This document shows, in pieces, positions 49,937-57,030 of a stretch of 64,000 nucleotides of DNA (positions are counted from its first letter, which is position 1; the number at the start of each line of letters is the position of its first letter). A program made the position numbers and the translations under genes. Source of the stretch: Candidatus Aminicenantes bacterium (GTDB lineage: Bacteria; Acidobacteriota; Aminicenantia; Aminicenantales; JAFGBC01); contig OY969696.1 in the NCBI GenBank assembly GCA_963702005.1, forward strand, positions 448,001-512,000, given 5' to 3'. The notes under the pieces were generated by a model. It saw nothing but the letters and a program-made list of their open reading frames with translations. It was not told the DNA's origin and searched no databases.

Positions 49937-50269
49937 ATGAATCCGATCGACGTCCTGCTCTCCCCGCCGATCGCGTTCCTCGTCTTCCTGGCCGTCGCCT
50001 TCCTCCTCTACGGACTGGGCCGGGGGCTGGCCCCCCGGGTCCGGAAGGTCGGGGGGAAGCTGGCCACCTACGCCTGCGGCGAAGACATCCCCGGCGCCAA
50101 GGTTCAATTCGGCTACCGGCTGTTCTTTTTCGTCGCCTTGTTCTTTACGATTATGCACGTCGCGGTCCTGGTCATCGCGACCGTCCCCTCCGGCCGGATC
50201 GCCCTGTTCGCCCTCCTCTACCTGGCGATGATCTTCCTGTCCATCCTGGCCCTGATCACGAGGAGCTAA
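49937..50269 (+). CDS. NuoA-like membrane subunit
   Basis: Three TM segments with a K..TYACGE loop. Confidence 0.8.
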   Translation: MNPIDVLLSPPIAFLVFLAVAFLLYGLGRGLAPRVRKVGGKLATYACGEDIPGAKVQFGYRLFFFVALFFTIMHVAVLVIATVPSGRIALFALLYLAMIFLSILALITRS

Positions 50270-50270
50270 C

Positions 50271-50690
50271 ATGCTGAAACGTCTCGTCCGCTGGTCGAGG
50301 ATCAAGTCGCCCTGGATCCTCCACCTCAACTCCGGCGCCTGCAACGCCTGCGATATCGAGATCGTCGCCGCCCTGACGCCGCGCTTCGACGTCGAGCGGC
50401 TGGGGGTCCTGCTCAAGGCGACCCCGCGTCACGCCGACGTCCTCGTCTGCTCGGGTCCGGTCACCCGGCAGATGAAGGACCGGATCATCCGCCTTTACGA
50501 GCAGACGCCGGATCCCAAGTTCGTCGTCGCCATCGGGGCCTGCGCCATGTCCGGCTGCGTTTACCGGGGAGCCTACAACATCATGGGCGGGATCGATCAG
50601 GTCATCCCGGTCAACGTCTACGTGCCCGGCTGCCCGGCCCGGCCCGACGCTATCCTCGACGGCGTCGTCAAGCTCCTGGGCCAACTCTGA
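50271..50690 (+). CDS. [NiFe]-hydrogenase small subunit (NuoB/MbhJ-like)
   Basis: CNACDIE, PRHAD, GACA and PGCP.RP motifs. Confidence 0.92.
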   Translation: MLKRLVRWSRIKSPWILHLNSGACNACDIEIVAALTPRFDVERLGVLLKATPRHADVLVCSGPVTRQMKDRIIRLYEQTPDPKFVVAIGACAMSGCVYRGAYNIMGGIDQVIPVNVYVPGCPARPDAILDGVVKLLGQL

Positions 50691-50704
50691 GGAGCGAGGC
50701 AACC

Positions 50705-51178
50705 ATGAACGACATCGAGCGCACAGAACGGATCAAGGCCGCCCTGGGCGAACGGGCCGTCGAGATTACAAACCCCGCTCCGCAGCGGATCTTCGTGACC
50801 GTGGCCGCCCGGGACCTCCTGCCGGCCCTGGAACGGTTGAAGACCGACCTGGGCTATCGGCACCTGTCAACGATCTCGGGCGTCGACCTGGGCGACGTCT
50901 TCGAGGTCCTCTACCACATCGGCTACGAGGGCGGAAACCTCAACGTCCGGACCCAAATCCCCAAGGCCGATCCCAGGCTTCCCAGCATCTGCTCGGTCAT
51001 CCCGGGCGCCATCCTCTACGAGCGGGAGCTCCAGGATATGTTCGGCATCGTGGTCGAGGCCATCCCCGACGGCCGGAGGCTCGTCCTCCCCGACGATTGG
51101 CCGGACGGAAACTATCCTCTCCGCAAAGACTGGAAACACGTCCGGGCCGAGGAAAAGATCCCCGGAGGAAAGTCATGA
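50705..51178 (+). CDS. NuoC/MbhK-like subunit
   Basis: HLSTISGVD, YERE..DMFG and YPLRKD motifs. Confidence 0.9.
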   Translation: MNDIERTERIKAALGERAVEITNPAPQRIFVTVAARDLLPALERLKTDLGYRHLSTISGVDLGDVFEVLYHIGYEGGNLNVRTQIPKADPRLPSICSVIPGAILYERELQDMFGIVVEAIPDGRRLVLPDDWPDGNYPLRKDWKHVRAEEKIPGGKS

Positions 51179-52377
51179 AGTTCCAAATTCCGATAGGCCC
51201 CCAGCACCCGGCCCTCAAGGAACCCATCAGCCTCCGGATGACGGTCGAGGGCGAGGTCATTCGCGACGCCGACCTTCGCCTCGGTTACAACCACCGGGGC
51301 GTGGAAAAGCTCGCCGAGGAGAGGACCTACCTGCAGAACATCTACCTGACCGAGCGCATCTGCGGGATTTGCTCCCACTCCCACACGACCTGCTTCGTCC
51401 AGGGCGCCGAGAAGCTCCTGGGGGTCGAGCCGCCCCGGCGCGGCCTCTATCTGCGCTACCTTGTCGCCGAGCTGGAACGGGTCCACAGCCACCTTCTCTG
51501 GCTGGGCGTCGCCGGCCACGAGGCCGGTTTCGACTCCTTCTTCATGTACACCTGGCGGGATCGCGAAATCGTCATGGACATCCTTGAAATGATCTCCGGC
51601 AACCGCGTCCACTACGCCATCAACACCCTGGGCGGCGTACGCCGGGATATCGACGAGGCCCTCCGTCAGAAGATCCTCGATTCCCTGGGCCTGCTCCGAA
51701 CCCGGACCGAATACTACTTCAAGCTCGGGGCCAACGAACCGTCCTTCGTGGGCCGGCTGGCCGGCGTCGGCCGCCTGTCCAAGGAGGACGCCATCGCCCT
51801 CTGCGCCGTGGGCCCGACGGCCCGGGCCTCGGGCGTCGCCTTCGATGTCCGGAAGGACGATCCCTACGGCATCTACGGCGAGGTCCCCTTCGAAGTCTGC
51901 ACGGCCGACAGCTGCGACGTCCTGGGCCGGACCGTCGTCCGCATCAAGGAGCTTCTCCAGAGCTACAATATCATCGAATATCTTCTCCGGAACCTCCCGG
52001 ACGGCCCGGTTGCCGTCAAGGCTCCGCGCCGGGCCAAGCCGGGCGAGGTCGTCAGCCGTTACGAAGCGCCCCGGGGCGAGAACATCCATTACATCAAGGC
52101 CAACGGCAGCGACAAGCCCGAGCGGCTCAAGGTCCGGGCTCCCACCCTGGGGAACTACGCGGCGACCCTGGTCATGCTCAAGAACGGCTACATCGCCGAC
52201 ATCCCCCTCATCTTCGCCGCCATCGACCCCTGCATCTGCTGCGCCGAGCGGACGGTTGAGCTCGTCGACCGCCGCAGCGGCCGCCCCTCGGTCGTCACTT
52301 GGAGCGAACTCCGCCGGCGGGCCGCCCGCCGCGCCGGCCAAGCATCAAAAAAGAGGAACCTGGAATGGCCGCTCTGA
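51175..52377 (+). CDS. Group 4 [NiFe]-hydrogenase large subunit
   Basis: GPQHP, HRGVEK, L1 ERICGICSHSH, EAPRGE and L2 DPCICCAER, followed by a C-terminal extension. Confidence 0.93.
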   Translation: MKFQIPIGPQHPALKEPISLRMTVEGEVIRDADLRLGYNHRGVEKLAEERTYLQNIYLTERICGICSHSHTTCFVQGAEKLLGVEPPRRGLYLRYLVAELERVHSHLLWLGVAGHEAGFDSFFMYTWRDREIVMDILEMISGNRVHYAINTLGGVRRDIDEALRQKILDSLGLLRTRTEYYFKLGANEPSFVGRLAGVGRLSKEDAIALCAVGPTARASGVAFDVRKDDPYGIYGEVPFEVCTADSCDVLGRTVVRIKELLQSYNIIEYLLRNLPDGPVAVKAPRRAKPGEVVSRYEAPRGENIHYIKANGSDKPERLKVRAPTLGNYAATLVMLKNGYIADIPLIFAAIDPCICCAERTVELVDRRSGRPSVVTWSELRRRAARRAGQASKKRNLEWPL

Positions 52378-53336
52378 AAACCCTGCTCTACATCTTCGTC
52401 TATCCCGGGCTCGTTTTTCTGTTCGTCTACGCGACCTTCTGCGAGTGGTTCGACCGCAAGGTCTACGCCCGCCTTCAGAACCGGATGGGGCCGACCCACA
52501 CCGGTCGCTGGGGCCTTCTCCAGCCCGTGGCCGATTTCGTCAAGCTGCTGGCCAAGGAAGACATCGTCCCCGAGAAGGCGGACAAGACGCTCTTCTCGCT
52601 TCTCCCCGTCTTAGGCCTGGCCATCGTCGCTACGGCCATGCTCCTCCTTCCCGTCTGGCATTATAATCCCGCCGTCGGCGGCTTCACTTCTTTCTCGGGC
52701 GACATCATCATCCTGCTCTACCTCCTGAGCCTGCCGACCCTCATTTTCTTCCTGGCCGGCTGGTCCTCGACGAACGTATTCTCGACGGTGGGCGGAACCC
52801 GCGTCTTGACCATGCTTTTCGGCTACGAGGTTCCCCTGTTCCTGACCGTCCTGAGCCCGGCCCTCCTGGCCGGGTCCTGGCGGCTGGCCGAGATCGCCCG
52901 GTTCTTCCAAGCCAGGCCCGTCCTTCTTCTCGTCAACCTGCCGGGGTTCATCCTCGCCGTCATCTGCGTCCAAGCCAAGCTCGAACGGACGCCCTTCGAC
53001 ATCCCCCACGCCGAGACCGAGATCGTCGGCGGGACCTTCACCGAGTACTCGGGCAAGAAGCTGGCCTTCTTCCGTCTCATGACCGACGTCGAAATGGTCG
53101 TATCGAGCGGCCTGCTGGCGACCGTCTTCCTGGGAGGCTTTCCGGGCGGGTTCGTCCTCGGGCTTGCTCAGTTCATCGTCAAGACGCTGTTCGTGATCTT
53201 CCTCCTCTCCCTGCTTCGCGCGGCCACCTCCCGGATCCGGGTCGACCAGGTCGTGTCCTTCGCTTGGGGCTACCTCGCGCCGCTCGCGGTCGCCCAGCTC
53301 TTCTTCGTCATTCTTCTCAAGGGGTTCCTGCTATGA
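52365..53336 (+). CDS. NuoH/MbhM-like membrane subunit
   Basis: DRKVYARLQNRMGP, QPVADFVKL..KE and PFDIPHAETEIVGG..TEYSG motifs. Confidence 0.92.
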   Translation: MAALKTLLYIFVYPGLVFLFVYATFCEWFDRKVYARLQNRMGPTHTGRWGLLQPVADFVKLLAKEDIVPEKADKTLFSLLPVLGLAIVATAMLLLPVWHYNPAVGGFTSFSGDIIILLYLLSLPTLIFFLAGWSSTNVFSTVGGTRVLTMLFGYEVPLFLTVLSPALLAGSWRLAEIARFFQARPVLLLVNLPGFILAVICVQAKLERTPFDIPHAETEIVGGTFTEYSGKKLAFFRLMTDVEMVVSSGLLATVFLGGFPGGFVLGLAQFIVKTLFVIFLLSLLRAATSRIRVDQVVSFAWGYLAPLAVAQLFFVILLKGFLL

Positions 53337-53788
53337 GAATCGCCGCGTTCGTCCCCGAGCTCCTCCGGCATCTTTTCAAGAAGCCGGCCACGGTCGACTA
53401 CCCGTTTCGGAAGCTCGCCGTCCCCAGGGACTTCCGGGGAACGCCCTTCCTCCATGCCGAGACCTGCATCGTCTGCCGGGCCTGCGAACGGGACTGCCCG
53501 GCCGAGGCCATCGAGATCGTCGAAGTCAACGCCGCCGAGAAGCGCTTCAAAATGACCATCCACAACGACCGCTGCGTCCACTGCGCGCAATGCGTCGATT
53601 CCTGCCCGACGGACGCCATGAAGATGGACGACAAGTTCGAGATCTCGGCCCTCAGCCGTTGGGATCTGAAGGCGGAATGGGAATATGTCCGGGCCGTCGT
53701 TAAGCCCAAGGCCGCGGCGCCGGGAGCGGCGCCCGCCGCGCCTCCGGTCGCGCCGCCCCCGGTTAAGCCCTCGGGGTCGGAGGCTTAA
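53333..53788 (+). CDS. NuoI/MbhN-like 2x[4Fe-4S] subunit
   Basis: PAT..YP, FRG, CIVCRACERDCP and CVHCAQCVDSCP motifs. Confidence 0.92.
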   Translation: MRIAAFVPELLRHLFKKPATVDYPFRKLAVPRDFRGTPFLHAETCIVCRACERDCPAEAIEIVEVNAAEKRFKMTIHNDRCVHCAQCVDSCPTDAMKMDDKFEISALSRWDLKAEWEYVRAVVKPKAAAPGAAPAAPPVAPPPVKPSGSEA

Positions 53789-53842
53789 CGTACTTGACGT
53801 GCCGGTTGAATTCCCCCGCCCTTCATAAATAGCTTGTCGGAA

Positions 53843-54445
53843 ATGAGCCCCGGTTGGAAGTCCGCTTTACGCCGGGAGGTCGCCGCCGCCCGGCGGCTCG
53901 TCGTCCTCGGTGTCGGCGCCCGGGAGAAGGGGGACGACGCGGCCGGTGTCCTCTGCGCCGAGCAGCTTCGGTTTGCGCTTCGCGGCGTCCGCCCCCGCCG
54001 CATCAAAGTCATCGTTGCGGCTGACGTGCCCGAGAGCGCGACCGGCCCGATCCGCCGCTTCCGGCCCGCGCTGATTCTTATTATAGACGCGGCCCTCTCG
54101 AGGCGGCGGGCCGGCTCGGTCTTTTTCGTCGACCCCAAGGATTTAGCCGACCGGCCCTTGACGACACACGCGATGTCCCTCAAGCTCCTGTCTGCTTATC
54201 TGGAAGAAACGATCGGCGGCCGGGTTCTGCTCCTGGGGATACAGCCGAAAGTCGTGGCCTGGGGCGCCCCCCCCAGCGCCTCGGTTCTGGCGGCCGCCCG
54301 GGCCGTCTCGAAGGAAATTATCGCCGGATTGCGCGGGACGCTCGGCGGCGTCCCCCTCAGATCTTCATCGGCATCAGGACGTAGAGATATTTCATACCCT
54401 CCCCGGATTCGGGCCGGAGCAGGGCGGCGCTGTTCTCGTCCTTGA
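53843..54445 (+). CDS. Hydrogenase maturation protease (HycI-like)
   Basis: VLGVG...GDDAAG, VPE, IIDAA, TTH.M.L and LLGIQP motifs. Confidence 0.85.
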   Translation: MSPGWKSALRREVAAARRLVVLGVGAREKGDDAAGVLCAEQLRFALRGVRPRRIKVIVAADVPESATGPIRRFRPALILIIDAALSRRRAGSVFFVDPKDLADRPLTTHAMSLKLLSAYLEETIGGRVLLLGIQPKVVAWGAPPSASVLAAARAVSKEIIAGLRGTLGGVPLRSSSASGRRDISYPPRIRAGAGRRCSRP

Positions 54446-55457
54446 GCTCGAAGCGGACTTTTTCGGCGGTCACCGTCATCAGAAAATCGAGAAGATACTG
54501 AGCGTTGAAACCGACCTCCAGATCCTGTCCCCGGTAATCCACGTCGATCTCGTCCTTGGCCTCTCCCATCTCCGGGTTTGAGGAGAACAGTCTCAGCTTG
54601 TTTTTCGTGATCGAAAACTTGATTCCCCGGGAACGCTCGGCCGAAAGCAGCGAAACGCGCCGGATGGCGTCCGCGATTTCGCCCCTGGAAACGACCAGGG
54701 CCTGAGGGTTGTCCTTGGGGAGAACCGCCTCGTAATTGGGGAATTTGCTTTCGATGATCCTCGAGATCAACGTCCGGTTCTTGACCTTGAAAAAGAGGTT
54801 ACTCTCGTCCAGGTCGAACTCGACGACCTCGCTCGAGAGCTTCCGGAGCTCTCCTAGGGTCTTCTTGGCGATGATGACCGAAATGGTGTTGGCCGGCCGC
54901 AAGTTATCCAGGGTCGTGGCCGTATACGCAAGTCGGTGGCCGTCCGTGCTGACCAGCTCGATTTGCTTGTTTTTGAGGGTCATCTGGGCCCCGTTCAGGT
55001 AGTAGCGCTGTTCCTGGGTGATCGCGTAGTAAACGCCGTCGATCATCTCCTGGACCTTGTCCAGGGGGAGGACGATATTCTTCTCGAATTTCGGCTCGGG
55101 AACCTGGGGATAATCCTCGCGGGGAAGACAGTGAACCTTAAATTCGCTCTGACCGGAGGCGATCCGGAGCGTCTGCTCCCGTCCGGTCTCAAAGGTCACG
55201 TTTTCGCCGTCCCGGAGCGATTTGACGATCTCGAAGACCTTTTTCCCCGGAATCGTGATCGACCCCGGCTTGTCGGTCGGAGTCTCGATCCGGGCCTTGA
55301 GCCCGACCTCGAGATCGGTCCCGGTCAGTTCGATGTCGTTGACGTCAACTTCCATCAGGATGTTGGCCAGGATCGGCATCGTATTCCGTTTCTCGACAAT
55401 CCCTTGCAGGAGTTGAAGCTCTTCGAGAATGTTCTCTTTGAGGATTGAGAATTTCAT
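54357..55457 (-). CDS. dnaN: DNA polymerase III beta clamp
   Basis: PILANIL, TDLE, STDGHRL, FNAQYL and LMPM motifs. Confidence 0.97.
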   Translation of the reverse strand: MKFSILKENILEELQLLQGIVEKRNTMPILANILMEVDVNDIELTGTDLEVGLKARIETPTDKPGSITIPGKKVFEIVKSLRDGENVTFETGREQTLRIASGQSEFKVHCLPREDYPQVPEPKFEKNIVLPLDKVQEMIDGVYYAITQEQRYYLNGAQMTLKNKQIELVSTDGHRLAYTATTLDNLRPANTISVIIAKKTLGELRKLSSEVVEFDLDESNLFFKVKNRTLISRIIESKFPNYEAVLPKDNPQALVVSRGEIADAIRRVSLLSAERSRGIKFSITKNKLRLFSSNPEMGEAKDEIDVDYRGQDLEVGFNAQYLLDFLMTVTAEKVRFELKDENSAALLRPESGEGMKYLYVLMPMKI

Positions 55458-55571
55458 TTTTCCACCTTTCCTGGGGGCCTCTTTAATCTTCTTTAATATA
55501 TATATTATCTAAGTAAGAAAGAAAAGAAAGAAGGAGAATATGTGGACAACGGTCGTAACTCCCTGATTTCA
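55458..55571. other. oriC, dnaA-dnaN intergenic part (AT-rich unwinding element plus DnaA box)
   Basis: Very AT-rich tract (TTTAATATATATATTATCTAAGTAAGAAAG...) next to TGTGGACAA at 55541-55549 (TTGTCCACA on the minus strand). Confidence 0.75.
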
Positions 55572-56903
55572 TCACTGGATCTGGTTCATTAGATTGTGGA
55601 TTTCTTTGTTGAATTCCGGGTCGTCATTTCTCATTTTCTCGATTTTACGGACGCTGTGCAGGACGGTCGTATGGTGTTTTCCACCGAATTTTTTCCCGAT
55701 CTCGGGCAGGGACGCGTTGGTCATTTCCTTGGATAGGTACATACCGACCTGGCGGGGGAAGGCGACCTTGGGGGAGTTGTTCTTGGCCTTGAGCTGGGTC
55801 AGCTTGATCTTGTACTGATGGCAGATAAACTTCTGGATGTTTTCGACGGTCACGGCGTGGGCGCTCGAGTCAAGAAGGCTCTTGAGGGCCTCCTTGGTCA
55901 GGTCCAGGTCGACGGCCTCGCCCTTGAGGGACGAGTAAGCCAGGACACGACGCAGATAGCCCTCGAGCTCCCGGATGTTGGAGTGGACCTTGTCGGCGAT
56001 GAACAGGGCGACGCTTTCGGGAATCGGAACGCCCTCGACCTCGGCCTTTTTCTTGAGGATGGCGATCCGAGTTTCGATGTCGGGCGGCTTCAGGTCGGCG
56101 ATCAGGCCCCATTCGAACCGGGAGCGGAAGCGCTCCTCGAGGTTCGGAATCTCCTTGGGCGCACAGTCGCTGGAGATGACGATCTGCTTCTGGCTGTCGT
56201 AAAGGTGGTTGAAGGTGTGGAAGAATTCCTCTTTGGTCCGCTCGCGGCCGGCCAGGTAATGGATGTCGTCGATGAGCAGGACGTCGACACTCCGGTATTT
56301 CTGACGGAAATCCAAAATTTTGCCGTATTGGAGGTGGTTGATAAGGTCGTTCATGAACTTCTCGGTCGTCACGTACAGGACGCGGAGGCGCTGGTTGGTT
56401 TTGAGGATGAAATGGCCGATGGCGTTCATGAGGTGGGTCTTGCCCAGCCCGGCATCTCCGTAGACGTAGAGAGGGTTGTAAGACTTGGCCGGGTTTTTGG
56501 CGACGGCGGTCGCCGCGGCGTGGGCGAACTGGTTGCAGGAGCCGACGACGAACTGCTCGAAGACGTAGTTCGGATTCAGGTTGGGGTTGAGGAGGGCGAC
56601 CCGGGCGGTTTTCCGGTCCTGGGCGGGCCCCCGCTTGAACGAGGAGGGCGTTTCGTCGTGGATATAGCGGATCTCGAGAGCCTTCCCGAACAGATTCAGG
56701 GAGGCCTCGTTGATGAGGCCGACGTAGTGGAAAGAGAGCCAATCCTTGAAGTAGGCGTTGGGAACTTTGATGTAGAGGGAGTCCCGCTCCTGCCCGATGA
56801 AGGCGGTCGGCTCGAACCAGGTCTCGAAGCTGCCCCGGTCGATCTTCTTTTGGATCTCTTGGGTGATCTGGGCCCAAGGATCGAGCTTCTCTTTCGGTTC
56901 CAT
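55572..56903 (-). CDS. dnaA: Chromosomal replication initiator
   Basis: YNPLYVYG..GLGKTHL, LLIDDI, FFHTFN, SRFEWG, NIRELEG and HTTVLHS motifs. Confidence 0.98.
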   Translation of the reverse strand: MEPKEKLDPWAQITQEIQKKIDRGSFETWFEPTAFIGQERDSLYIKVPNAYFKDWLSFHYVGLINEASLNLFGKALEIRYIHDETPSSFKRGPAQDRKTARVALLNPNLNPNYVFEQFVVGSCNQFAHAAATAVAKNPAKSYNPLYVYGDAGLGKTHLMNAIGHFILKTNQRLRVLYVTTEKFMNDLINHLQYGKILDFRQKYRSVDVLLIDDIHYLAGRERTKEEFFHTFNHLYDSQKQIVISSDCAPKEIPNLEERFRSRFEWGLIADLKPPDIETRIAILKKKAEVEGVPIPESVALFIADKVHSNIRELEGYLRRVLAYSSLKGEAVDLDLTKEALKSLLDSSAHAVTVENIQKFICHQYKIKLTQLKAKNNSPKVAFPRQVGMYLSKEMTNASLPEIGKKFGGKHHTTVLHSVRKIEKMRNDDPEFNKEIHNLMNQIQ

Positions 56904-56916
56904 CCTGGCGCGTTAG

Positions 56917-56948
56917 ATTTCCACAGAATTTTCCACAATTGTGGAAAA
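56917..56948. promoter_or_regulatory. DnaA-box cluster upstream of dnaA
   Basis: ATTTCCACA (56917), TTTTCCACA (56929) and TGTGGAAAA (56940). The last two form a 20-bp palindrome. Confidence 0.85.
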
Positions 56949-57030
56949 CCTTCGGGGGTTGCTGTCAGCCCGAAAAGGCTCCGCAATCATAGCATTTCGG
57001 AATCCGAAATACAAGGCTTTTTTAGCTCGG

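Noticed and set aside
50271-52377. Selenocysteine ([NiFeSe]) recoding, suggested by the SelB-like gene
   Set aside because: The ligand positions are Cys codons, and I saw no in-frame TGA interrupting any recognised gene in the window.
44358-53788. Annotation as NADH:quinone oxidoreductase (nuo) or Mbx/Mbs
   Set aside because: The large subunit has both NiFe CxxC motifs and a cleavable tail, a maturation protease follows, and there is no NuoEFG.
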